Shown here in pieces: positions 55,321-64,000 of a stretch of DNA of 64,000 nucleotides. The stretch lies in the IMG/VR virus record IMGVR_UViG_3300027899_001695, positions 36,208-100,207 of that record. One strand, 5' to 3'. Made by a program: the position numbers and the translations under genes. This stretch comes from a virus. Every line of letters starts with the position of its first letter. Position 1 is the first letter of the stretch. The notes below the pieces were generated by a model. That model saw nothing but the letters and a program-made list of their open reading frames with translations. It was not told where the DNA came from and made no database searches.

Positions 55321-55354
55321 TTTTAAAAGTATAAACATATAGTATATAATTAAG
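55319..55354 (+). promoter_or_regulatory. Putative late promoter, copy 4
   Basis: AGTTTTAAAAG-N15-TATAATTAAG. Confidence 0.6.
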
Positions 55355-55378
55355 ATAAAGATGGAGGATATGTAAAGA

Positions 55379-55708
55379 ATGCCAGAAGTACAGACTCAAG
55401 TATCGCCTTTTATGGCTTATGAGCATAGGGATAAGGATGGTAATATTATATCTATGGGCTCTAATCGTATAAAAAGAGGCGGTAAAATACAATTTGTACA
55501 AGAGACGGGAAAGGGAGTAAAACTGTATGAATCTCTGCAGTTATTATCTGATGGTAGACTGTTAGAAGAAAAGTTTTATACAGATGGAAAGGAGACAGAA
55601 AAGCTTACTTTTGCATATGATGAAAAAGGGGAGCTTTTAACTGTTACTGATAAATTGGGCGTTGTTTCCCTTTCACCGATAGCGGTGGAAAAAGAAACAA
55701 TTAAATAA
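55379..55708 (+). CDS. Hypothetical protein
   Basis: ORF with GGAGG RBS. Confidence 0.6.
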   Translation: MPEVQTQVSPFMAYEHRDKDGNIISMGSNRIKRGGKIQFVQETGKGVKLYESLQLLSDGRLLEEKFYTDGKETEKLTFAYDEKGELLTVTDKLGVVSLSPIAVEKETIK

Positions 55709-55721
55709 GGAGGATTAACAA

Positions 55722-56180
55722 ATGGCTTTTGTAAGTAATTCAGGTTATACCGCAGTAGCTAAAAGGATAGTATATCCAGATAGCACTAATACTTCTTTTC
55801 CTTTTGCATGGATGGAAATTGGTAGTGGTAGTAATGCTGCTACAGATTCTGTTGCTTTGCAGTCAGCTATGGCCAATGCTACTACAGACTCAGGCTTGAT
55901 TAGGGCTTCAATGGATGTAGGAACTGGTACTGCTGCAGACGGCAGGTATATTGCAACTAGTACAGGTACCGATTCCGTTAATGGAGATACTGCATGGTTC
56001 AGGAATACCTGGACTTGTAAGGTTACTTCTATTGCATCAGGGGTTAAAGAGTGTGGTGTGTTTAATTCAGCTACTAATGGTGACATGCTAGCTTATGGTA
56101 CATTCCCAACCGCTATCCCTATGGGTACAGGTGATACGCTCCAGGTAACATGGAGTGTGCAAGTGAAGACAGGCGCATAA
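55722..56180 (+). CDS. Putative virion structural (tail/collar-like) protein
   Basis: IGSG...VKECGVFNSATNGDML...GDTLQVTWSV pattern. Confidence 0.6.
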   Translation: MAFVSNSGYTAVAKRIVYPDSTNTSFPFAWMEIGSGSNAATDSVALQSAMANATTDSGLIRASMDVGTGTAADGRYIATSTGTDSVNGDTAWFRNTWTCKVTSIASGVKECGVFNSATNGDMLAYGTFPTAIPMGTGDTLQVTWSVQVKTGA

Positions 56181-56217
56181 GCGCATAAGTGCTTATAACT
56201 AAATGAAGTAAATTGAA

Positions 56218-56250
56218 GGAGGAGGATGAGGAAACTTATCCTCCTCTTTT
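56218..56250 (+). terminator. Intrinsic terminator
   Basis: gaggaggatgag-gaaa-cttatcctcctc plus T-run. Confidence 0.75.
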
Positions 56251-56268
56251 AACTTAAAGGAGGAAAAG

Positions 56269-56910
56269 TTGGAAAGAGATAACAAAGGAAGGTTTATAAA
56301 AGGGCAGAGAGCTTGGAATAAGGGATTGAAAATGTCTGAAAGGTTTAAGGAAGCTTGTAGAGTAGGACATACGGGGATAGTGCTTTCAGACTATCATAAA
56401 TCTAATATTTCTAAAAGTAATAAAGGTTTAAATAGTGGTAGCCATAATGGAATGTATGGTACTAAATATATTCGTAGTAGTTTAGTAACTTGTGAGCTTT
56501 GTGGAGAAAAGATTAAATCTAGAGCAATGGGGCAACATAGATTGTTTCATGACCCAGAATACACTCAAAAGAGGTCAGATAGAGCTAGAGAATATCGACT
56601 TACTCAGGTTTTACCCAATAAAGATACTTTACCAGAAAGAAAATTACAAGATTTCTTAACTAGCCAAAATATTAAATTTATTAAACATAAAACAATTCTT
56701 AATTTCTGTCAACCAGATATATTTATTGAACCTAATATCTGCATTTTTGCGGATGGCGATTATTGGCATAAAAGACCCAAAACTACTGAAAGAGATGAGT
56801 ATGTAACAATGAAACTGCTTAATAATGGTTTTGTCGTTCTTAGGTTTTGGGAACGTGAAATTCATAATACATTTAAAGATGTGACAGATAGATTGCTTAG
56901 AATTGTATAG
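56269..56910 (+). CDS. NUMOD3-containing DUF559/Vsr-like homing endonuclease
   Basis: AWNKG, HKSNISKS, NGMYG; TLPE...PDIF...DGDYWH...VLRFWE. Confidence 0.78.
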   Translation: MERDNKGRFIKGQRAWNKGLKMSERFKEACRVGHTGIVLSDYHKSNISKSNKGLNSGSHNGMYGTKYIRSSLVTCELCGEKIKSRAMGQHRLFHDPEYTQKRSDRAREYRLTQVLPNKDTLPERKLQDFLTSQNIKFIKHKTILNFCQPDIFIEPNICIFADGDYWHKRPKTTERDEYVTMKLLNNGFVVLRFWEREIHNTFKDVTDRLLRIV

Positions 56911-56919
56911 GGGGTTCGT

Positions 56920-57609
56920 ATGAAAGATTTTGAAATTGATATAGGTGACGAAAAGATAGCAAAGATACAATGCGAAGATGATTGTGCAATATCTACAGGC
57001 AATGTATTACGTGGTGAGTATGATATAGATGTTGGCTTTTCTGGTAGGCCAGTTATTTTAGATATTGGAGCAAATATCGGAGCTTTTGCTATTTGGGCTT
57101 TAAAAAGATTCAATCCAATTAAAGTTTATTGTTATGAACCGTTGAAAATAAACTTTGAGCAGTTAAAAAGGAATGTTGAAAACCTTCCTACAAACTCTAC
57201 CGAATTTATGTTAGTAAATGCTTCCGTTGAAGCTCCTACAAATAAGCTATATTTAAATACACAAGGAACCGCTTCTTCCAGTTTTTATAATTTTACAGGT
57301 AAATTAGAAGAATTTGAAGAAGTTGAACATAACCTAACTGTAGAAGAGCTCCCAGATTGTGGAGTACTAAAAGCAGATACAGAAGGTTGTGAAAAGGAAA
57401 TTATTACAAAATATATGAAAACTCATAATAGACCAACTTTAATTCTTTTTGAATACCATAGAGACTTAGATAGAATTGAATTAGATAGGTTTTTATATGA
57501 GTTTGGTTATAGGTTGTGCGGTGGTTATTTCTACGGATTAGGCTTTGGAGTAGCTAAATATATAAGCTATAATTGTATTACAACTCCAAAAGAACAGTTA
57601 TTAAGATAG
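56920..57609 (+). CDS. FkbM-family methyltransferase
   Basis: ILDIGANIG, YCYEP, LKADTEGCE, FEYH. Confidence 0.88.
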   Translation: MKDFEIDIGDEKIAKIQCEDDCAISTGNVLRGEYDIDVGFSGRPVILDIGANIGAFAIWALKRFNPIKVYCYEPLKINFEQLKRNVENLPTNSTEFMLVNASVEAPTNKLYLNTQGTASSSFYNFTGKLEEFEEVEHNLTVEELPDCGVLKADTEGCEKEIITKYMKTHNRPTLILFEYHRDLDRIELDRFLYEFGYRLCGGYFYGLGFGVAKYISYNCITTPKEQLLR

Positions 57610-57618
57610 GAGGATAGT

Positions 57619-59679
57619 ATGTTAAAGATTATTTGGTATTCTACAGTTCCTTATTCTAGTGTAGGCTATGGGAATGCTACTAGAGAAATTCTTCGTAGAT
57701 TTCGTGATGCAGGACATCAAGTACGATTGGCTACAAAACATGCTTTAGGTGGAAGTGTGGTAGTGGATGGTATAGACTGTTTTGATGGGGGAGAGAGGGA
57801 TTTAATTAATATCATCCGTAAAGAAGAAGGATATGATTATATTATATCTATGTGTGATGATTGGTGTCTTCCACCCCCCTTTAAATTTGATAATTGGATA
57901 AATTGTTGTTTTCTGGATGCTCATATGATGCATCCTAGATTATTAGAAGCTTCAAAAAGGTCTTTACATACTATTGCTATGACTAAGTTTACAAGAAGAG
58001 AATTAGAAACTAACGGAAGACCTTGTTTCTACGCTCCTTTAGGAGTAAACACTTCTACATTTAAACCAGACCCCCAGAGAAGGAAAGAGTTTAGAGAAGG
58101 TAGATTTTGGACAGATGAAACCTTTGTTATTGGTAGTCTTGGTTTAAACTATAGCTCTGATAGAAAGAATTTTATTGGGCTCCTGCAAGCATTCAAGATA
58201 TTCCATGAAAAGCATCCAGATTCTTTACTCTATCTTCATACGGATGTTATGGGCACGGCTTCTCATGGCCTTCCTCTTCAATGGATAATAAATAATTTAG
58301 GATTTAAAGAAGACGGTACTGGGGCTGTTCAGTATGTTGTTCAAAAGCCTTACCATCTATGGGAGATTTCTGAAGAAACTATAATTCGAACCTTCAATGC
58401 TTTTGATGTATTTTGTTTTCCTACAATGGGAGAAGGTTTTGGCATGCCTATTATTGAAGCACAGTCTTGCGGAGTTCCCGTAATTGTACCAGATACTACT
58501 AGTTGTAAAGAGCTTCTTAAAGGTGGTTGGTTAATTGAATGCGAGCCCTCTGATATGGAGTTTTCCGTACATCTTGCATGGATTATGAGAACTAGAGTTA
58601 CTAAGATAGTAGAAAAGTTAGAAGAAGCTTATACTGAATGGAAAAGCGGAAAGATAAAAGAAAGAGGAATTCAAGCAAGAGAAGGTTCTCTTGAATATGA
58701 TTGGGATACTATTTATAAAGAACATTGGACACCTATTTTTGATTATTTGGATGCTGAGAAAGTAGGTAAGATTTTCGATTTTCCAAAGAAGTACCCTGAT
58801 TATCAAATGCTTTATAATGGGTTTGGCCAACTATACCAGATTGGAAATTGTGAAAACTATGAACATGATAAGGTTTGCTTTACTATGAATATGCCCAGAC
58901 TCCCCAATGAACCAGAAGATGAGACAAGACCTTTATTGATACGTAGCTATCCTATATTTCCTGATAGTTCTGGTGAATTTTATGTGCATACAAAATGCCC
59001 TGTATCAAAATTTATGCCCCCTAGATTTGTAAAACATTGTGCAAGTGTATGGAAAGAGGTGCTTTCTTATCCAATTATCAGACAAGAAGTACAGAAATTG
59101 TGGGAAGAAAAAGTAAAAGATAATTCTGAATATGCAAAATTATCTGATATTATTCCTGCTTTTGATGAAGGTTATAGTAAATTCTTACAAACTTTCTTTC
59201 AAACCACTTTTAAAATTGGGCCTATTATAAGTGCTTTTCTACAGGATTGCAGTTCTTTTGTAGATGTAGGTTGTGGTGATGGAAGAGTATTAAAACAAAT
59301 AAAAGAATTAAAACCAGACGCTATTATAAAAGGTACTGAAATTAATAACTATTGGATTAATGGAGAAGAGGTAGTCTATGGAGATATGCTAAAGTTACCT
59401 TTTAAAGACGAAGAATTTGATTGTGTATTTAGTATAGACGTACTCGAACATACTTCAGAACCTTTAAAAGCTTTAGACGAGTTGTTTAGAATTGCTAAAA
59501 AGAAATTAATATTATGTGTGACTCCTGTCAATGACCTTTGTTTTGAAGAAGACCCTACTCATGTCGTTAAGTGGGATCTGGAACAATGGAAACGTGAAAT
59601 AAATGTTTTTGGTAATATCCAAGCAATTGGGCCAGATAACACCGCTTGTACTTTTATTGTTGAAAAAAGAGGAGGATAA
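57619..59679 (+). CDS. GT-B (GT4-like) glycosyltransferase fused to class I SAM methyltransferase
   Basis: PTMGEGFGMPIIEAQSCGVPVI; C-terminal VDVGCGDG...LPFKDEEFD...DVLEH. Confidence 0.88.
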   Translation: MLKIIWYSTVPYSSVGYGNATREILRRFRDAGHQVRLATKHALGGSVVVDGIDCFDGGERDLINIIRKEEGYDYIISMCDDWCLPPPFKFDNWINCCFLDAHMMHPRLLEASKRSLHTIAMTKFTRRELETNGRPCFYAPLGVNTSTFKPDPQRRKEFREGRFWTDETFVIGSLGLNYSSDRKNFIGLLQAFKIFHEKHPDSLLYLHTDVMGTASHGLPLQWIINNLGFKEDGTGAVQYVVQKPYHLWEISEETIIRTFNAFDVFCFPTMGEGFGMPIIEAQSCGVPVIVPDTTSCKELLKGGWLIECEPSDMEFSVHLAWIMRTRVTKIVEKLEEAYTEWKSGKIKERGIQAREGSLEYDWDTIYKEHWTPIFDYLDAEKVGKIFDFPKKYPDYQMLYNGFGQLYQIGNCENYEHDKVCFTMNMPRLPNEPEDETRPLLIRSYPIFPDSSGEFYVHTKCPVSKFMPPRFVKHCASVWKEVLSYPIIRQEVQKLWEEKVKDNSEYAKLSDIIPAFDEGYSKFLQTFFQTTFKIGPIISAFLQDCSSFVDVGCGDGRVLKQIKELKPDAIIKGTEINNYWINGEEVVYGDMLKLPFKDEEFDCVFSIDVLEHTSEPLKALDELFRIAKKKLILCVTPVNDLCFEEDPTHVVKWDLEQWKREINVFGNIQAIGPDNTACTFIVEKRGG

Positions 59680-59680
59680 A

Positions 59681-60700
59681 ATGAACTATGAAGTTTCTTT
59701 TTCTACTGCAATTTTACCAAAGGCCTCTATGCCAACAACTCCCGTAGCCTTACTTACAGGAATAACTGGGCAAGATGGTTCATACTTAGCCGAATTTCTT
59801 TTATCAAAGGGCTATGAAGTACATGGTCTTGTAAGACGTTGTTCTACTATCAATACAAAGAACATTGACCATATTCTAGATAAACTAATACTGCATTATG
59901 GAGATTTAACAGATGGGGATTCAATTGATTCTTTATTATTTGAACTTCATCCAACTGAGATATATCATCTAGGAGCCCAGAGCGATGTAAGAATTAGTTT
60001 TGATATTCCAGAATATACTGCCGATGTAGTAGCATTGGGCACCCTCCGCATGCTGGATGCTGTACGTAAATTCTCTCCCGATTCTAAATTCTATAATGCA
60101 GCTACGTCAGAACTGTATGGAAGTGCCATGCCTCCACAAGATGAAACTACAGTAATGCACCCCAATAGTCCGTATGCTATTGCAAAGCTAGCCGCCTATG
60201 AAATGACAAGACTTTATAGGGAATCCTACGGATTATTCGCTTGTTCTGGTATTTTATTTAATCATGAGAGCCCAAGAAGAGGAGATAACTTTGTAACTCA
60301 GAAGGTAGTTAAAGGCCTCATAAATTGCAAGTTGGGTAAACAAGATAAATTATATATGGGTAACATTGACTCAAATCGAGACTGGGGATATGCAAAAGAG
60401 TATGTAGAGGCCCAATGGATGATGCTACAACAAAAGGCCCCAATGGACTTAGTTATTGGTACTGGTGAGGTACATACTGTAAGAAATCTTTTAGAAGTTG
60501 TAGGTAAGTATGTTAAAATAGAATGGTCGAAATATGTAGAGATTGATTCTAACTTATACAGACCTACTGAAACTAATTACTTACTTGCAAATGCAAAAAA
60601 AGCGGAAGAAAAGATGGGATGGAAATCAAAGATTAAATTTGAGGAATTGGTTAAACTTATGATTGATGCCGAATTAAAAAGACAAGGGGTTGAAATATGA
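59681..60700 (+). CDS. gmd: GDP-mannose 4,6-dehydratase
   Basis: ALLTGITGQDGSYLAEFLL, YHLGAQS, SPYAIAK, GILFNHESPRRG, RDWGYA; GGAGG RBS before ATG 59681. Confidence 0.95.
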   Translation: MNYEVSFSTAILPKASMPTTPVALLTGITGQDGSYLAEFLLSKGYEVHGLVRRCSTINTKNIDHILDKLILHYGDLTDGDSIDSLLFELHPTEIYHLGAQSDVRISFDIPEYTADVVALGTLRMLDAVRKFSPDSKFYNAATSELYGSAMPPQDETTVMHPNSPYAIAKLAAYEMTRLYRESYGLFACSGILFNHESPRRGDNFVTQKVVKGLINCKLGKQDKLYMGNIDSNRDWGYAKEYVEAQWMMLQQKAPMDLVIGTGEVHTVRNLLEVVGKYVKIEWSKYVEIDSNLYRPTETNYLLANAKKAEEKMGWKSKIKFEELVKLMIDAELKRQGVEI

Positions 60701-60996
60701 CAGTAGGTTATGTATCTTCTTCTGGGGCAAATACTGCAACAGGGGCTTATTTTAATATTGCTCCTGCTGATACTACAGAAATAGTAGTTCATAATATATA
60801 CTGTGGTGGTGCTGCTTTAATTTATTATGGTTCTGGTACTGCTACTACTGCCTGTGCTCCTGTGTATTCTCTCAGTTCAAGTGGTTGGGTAACTGGCATT
60901 TTTATGCATGCTTCTAGTGGTCAGTATGTAATGGTTAAGAATAATGGAAGTGCTAGTGCATATTTTGCTTATGACGGAATTTTAACTCGTGATTAA
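60697..60996 (+). CDS. Small Ser/Thr/Gly-rich structural protein
   Basis: Composition and context. Confidence 0.55.
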   Translation: MTVGYVSSSGANTATGAYFNIAPADTTEIVVHNIYCGGAALIYYGSGTATTACAPVYSLSSSGWVTGIFMHASSGQYVMVKNNGSASAYFAYDGILTRD

Positions 60997-61004
60997 GGAG
61001 ATAT

Positions 61005-62420
61005 ATGCCATTATTTGATGCTTATACAATAAACAATACAGGTCTTGTAAATGCGGTTGTACAGAATGTAACTGTTTCACCTTATAATAGTTCTACTGCA
61101 GTTCTTGCTCCGACTGGAACTTTTACAGGTACAGGTACGTCTACTCTTGGTGTTGCAGGAATTCAAGTATCTCTATTTGCTAATCAGAATTGTACGGTAT
61201 ATGTAGAGCAGTCTGATGATAATACAAATTGGGATATTTCAGATATATACTATTATAAATATCAGACCCATCCGAATTTTGGTAAAACAGTTCAAGCAGT
61301 TACTTCTTACTTTAGAGTACGAGTCCAGAATGATAGTCAGACTGCTTCTGCTACTACCTTTAGGCTTCAGTCTTGTTTATGCCCAATTGTAGAAGCACTA
61401 CCAAGAAGTTTGGATGCAAATGGGTATTTAGAAACTTGTGTAGAGCATATAACGGATGAGTATGGAAGTACGGTAAAAATTGCTCCAGTAGGTGCTTTAA
61501 ATACTTCAAAGCTATCAATATTGGTGGGAATCCCTTTTTCTGGAACCACGATAGATTCTAATTTCTGGCAAGCAAGTGTTGTAAGTGGGGCTTCTGCTGT
61601 TCAGGTAGGAGGTGAGTTTTCACTAAATACAAATGCGTCTACTACTGGTGCTTGTGCTTATTTGCAATCTTATAGAAGTGCTAGATATATTCCAGCAAAT
61701 AATCAATATGTAAGGTTTCAATTAGATTGTGGTAGTACTACTGGTACTGGAACAATAAAAAGATGGGGAACATGGACATCTTCTGCAATCGGTGCTTATA
61801 ATGCCCCACAAGATGGTTGTGCTTTTACTGTGTATAATGGTGTTTTAGCACTAGAGACATTTAATAGTGGGAGTGCTACAAGAATAGATAATGGTTCTTT
61901 TAATGGGGCCTATGGAACTACTGTTAATATTCCTCCTTCTGGAACAAATCTTTATGAGATTGTATATACAAACACTTCTGTTTTATTTATGTATAATGGT
62001 AACTATATTCATAAAGTTTCGGCTGCTGGGTCTCCTTGGTCTAGTACTTTAACTTTACCTATTAGAATGGAAGTTTATAATGCTTCTGCTACTGTATTTA
62101 ATACTTCAATTAAAACAAGAAGTGCTTCAATTCATAGATTTGGGGAACTTTCTTCTTCTCCGCTTTTTTATTATGCTTCTGCTGCTGCAACTGGAGTAGT
62201 ACTAAAAAGAAGTGCGGGAAGATTACAACGAGTAATAAATATGGATGATGGAATAGGTACTTTAACTCTCTATGATGGTGTTACAACTACTGCTCCTTCT
62301 GTAACAATAGGTGCTTTTGATATTGCAAAAGTTTTAGGTGCTTTTGAATTTGGAATTGATTTTTATAGTGGTTTAACCATGACAACTACTCGTAATGCAG
62401 TTATGGTTGTGTATGAATAA
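61005..62420 (+). CDS. Putative virion structural/fiber protein (beta-rich, lectin-like)
   Basis: Ser/Thr/Gly-rich beta-strand patterns. Confidence 0.6.
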   Translation: MPLFDAYTINNTGLVNAVVQNVTVSPYNSSTAVLAPTGTFTGTGTSTLGVAGIQVSLFANQNCTVYVEQSDDNTNWDISDIYYYKYQTHPNFGKTVQAVTSYFRVRVQNDSQTASATTFRLQSCLCPIVEALPRSLDANGYLETCVEHITDEYGSTVKIAPVGALNTSKLSILVGIPFSGTTIDSNFWQASVVSGASAVQVGGEFSLNTNASTTGACAYLQSYRSARYIPANNQYVRFQLDCGSTTGTGTIKRWGTWTSSAIGAYNAPQDGCAFTVYNGVLALETFNSGSATRIDNGSFNGAYGTTVNIPPSGTNLYEIVYTNTSVLFMYNGNYIHKVSAAGSPWSSTLTLPIRMEVYNASATVFNTSIKTRSASIHRFGELSSSPLFYYASAAATGVVLKRSAGRLQRVINMDDGIGTLTLYDGVTTTAPSVTIGAFDIAKVLGAFEFGIDFYSGLTMTTTRNAVMVVYE

Positions 62421-62459
62421 AAAGGCGGAAAGGAAAAGAAGAAATAGGATTATATTAAT

Positions 62460-63881
62460 ATGGGTAGTTTATTTCATGATACAGTAGGTACTGATTTAAC
62501 TCAAGCAGAGTGGGAAGCAACAGGAGTACATAAGTTTGGTCCTGCTACTGCTGGTGATATGCCTTATGCTAGTGGTGCAGGTACTGGTGTAGTTCTTGCA
62601 GGGCTACCAATTGGTGCTAGTGGTACTATTCTAACTGTATCTGCTGGTCTCCCTTCATGGAATACTACTCTTAATGGTGATTATACAATTAATGGTGGCA
62701 TAAATGTAACTGGAAATATTACAGGTGCTGCTGTATCTGGAACTACTTCTCTTTTCTCTCCTTCCGCCACTTTTGGTACTGTGAATGCTACAGGTGCTGT
62801 AACCGCTACTGGATTAACTGTAAATGGTGGATTGGATGTAACTGGTGGAATTTCTGGTACTCCAAGCGTATCCGCAACTTCTGTTAGTGGTATTACTGGC
62901 ACATTTCCTACTCTAAACGGCGGTACTTTCAATAATACTGGTAATGCCAATGTAACAGGAACATTGGATGTAACAGGAGTATCTACATTTGCTAATGTTC
63001 ATGCTCATAATGTAACAGGTGTAACAGGTAATGTATCTGCTACTACAGGTAATTTTGCTAATTTATCTGGCACAGTTACTACTGCAGGTACTCTTAATGT
63101 AACTGGAAATATAGCGGTTACAGGTACTGTAGATGGAATAGATGTTGGAGCACATGCAGTAGCAGATACTGGGGTTCATGGGGTTAGCACAGCATTTATT
63201 GCTAAAACTTCAAATTCTGACCAAACAGTTTCTTGGGACATGTCTGAGCAACATTTAGGACTTGAGCTAATAACTAATAAATATGATAGAAGTATAGTAG
63301 ATTATCTTATTTCTGGCTATCCAGCAGCGTCATATGCAACTGGTATCTCATCAAGTGCTACTATAAGTATGGCCTTTGGTAATCTTAATGTATCTGCTAA
63401 TGGTGCTGGGGCTACTGGATATATAGGCTATCCTGTTGCTAGTTTTTATATAGGCAGGGCTAATTATAGTTCATTTTTGGGAGTATCGAATGTTTATATA
63501 TCTACTACTGCAGTTAATTGTGAGATTTTTGTAGGTTATGCTTTAGCTGATGCTCATTGTGTAGACTATGATGATACTACAACTCATATAGGATTTTTAT
63601 ATTATATTAATGGGGCAACGACAAAAGTATATGCTACTAATGCTAATGCTACAACTCAATCAAGAACTGAATTAGCGGACTTTAATTTGGGTGCTTATAA
63701 TAACCTATCTCTTAAAGGCACAGGAGCTAGTGTAGAATGGTATGTAAATGGAGTGTTAGCACACACAGAAACAGATTATCTATTTACAACCGCAGTTACT
63801 TGGAAAACTAGTTTAATAGCTAATGAAGCGGGGGGTATTTATATATCACATAGAAATCTAACTATGGGATATAACTTATAG
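62460..63881 (+). CDS. Putative tail fiber protein
   Basis: Repeated (L/I)NVTG beta-helix-like motifs; ITVTGTVDG-type motif VTGTVDGIDV. Confidence 0.7.
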   Translation: MGSLFHDTVGTDLTQAEWEATGVHKFGPATAGDMPYASGAGTGVVLAGLPIGASGTILTVSAGLPSWNTTLNGDYTINGGINVTGNITGAAVSGTTSLFSPSATFGTVNATGAVTATGLTVNGGLDVTGGISGTPSVSATSVSGITGTFPTLNGGTFNNTGNANVTGTLDVTGVSTFANVHAHNVTGVTGNVSATTGNFANLSGTVTTAGTLNVTGNIAVTGTVDGIDVGAHAVADTGVHGVSTAFIAKTSNSDQTVSWDMSEQHLGLELITNKYDRSIVDYLISGYPAASYATGISSSATISMAFGNLNVSANGAGATGYIGYPVASFYIGRANYSSFLGVSNVYISTTAVNCEIFVGYALADAHCVDYDDTTTHIGFLYYINGATTKVYATNANATTQSRTELADFNLGAYNNLSLKGTGASVEWYVNGVLAHTETDYLFTTAVTWKTSLIANEAGGIYISHRNLTMGYNL

Positions 63882-63892
63882 GAGCAATAATT

Positions 63893-64000
63893 ATGAAATG
63901 GATAGATAAAGAATTAAATATATCAGAGTTAGAATCATTAATAGGGGTCAAAATTAAAGGGATGCGAGGAGGGGGCCTTCAGACAGGGGAATTTATTGAT
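63893..64000 (+). CDS. Hypothetical protein (3' partial)
   Basis: GGAG RBS plus ATG; open to window end. Confidence 0.45.
   Translation, partial: MKWIDKELNISELESLIGVKIKGMRGGGLQTGEFID

Noticed and set aside
660-62950. Most minus-strand ORFs in the track (for example 9550..10230, 33133..33621, 36784..37266)
   Set aside because: Antisense shadows of + strand genes, without RBS or recognisable motifs
1-64000. Archaeal host
   Set aside because: Bacterial-type tRNA-Tyr and tRNA-Arg(ACG), bacterial NusG and -35/-10 promoters

Overview
A 64-kb, AT-rich segment of a large tailed (HK97-fold) dsDNA bacteriophage, with nearly all genes on the + strand. Order: (1) 1-23.4 kb: portal with a LAGLIDADG intein, a DnaQ-like exonuclease, about 17 kb of large low-complexity putative internal head proteins, small membrane proteins, and a prohead protease with an HNH intein. 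(2) 24-40.3 kb: accessory/early region driven by ten copies of an unusual promoter (GTAGCTTCAAAACCC-N-TGnTATACT). It holds many Cys-rich microproteins sharing a C-terminal DPFKRxLL helix, a MoxR-type AAA+/VWA-peptidase pair, a gp88-like radical-SAM protein, a GATase plus phiEco32-type amidoligase, and candidate ncRNAs. (3) 40.7-47.5 kb: a second microprotein region with sigma70 promoters and NusG. (4) 47.6-50.6 kb: a 30-tRNA array covering all 20 amino acids, with a boxA-like leader and an inserted HNH gene. (5) 51.4-64 kb: scaffold, major capsid, decoration/structural genes, a glycosylation cassette (FkbM, GT-MTase, gmd) and fiber-like genes. tRNA-Tyr/Arg types, NusG and the promoters indicate a bacterial host. 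The best candidates for novel biology are a modular helix + Lys-cleavage capsid-cargo system and a repertoire of variable zinc-finger microproteins with a constant docking tail. All calls come from motif recognition by eye; no searches were run.
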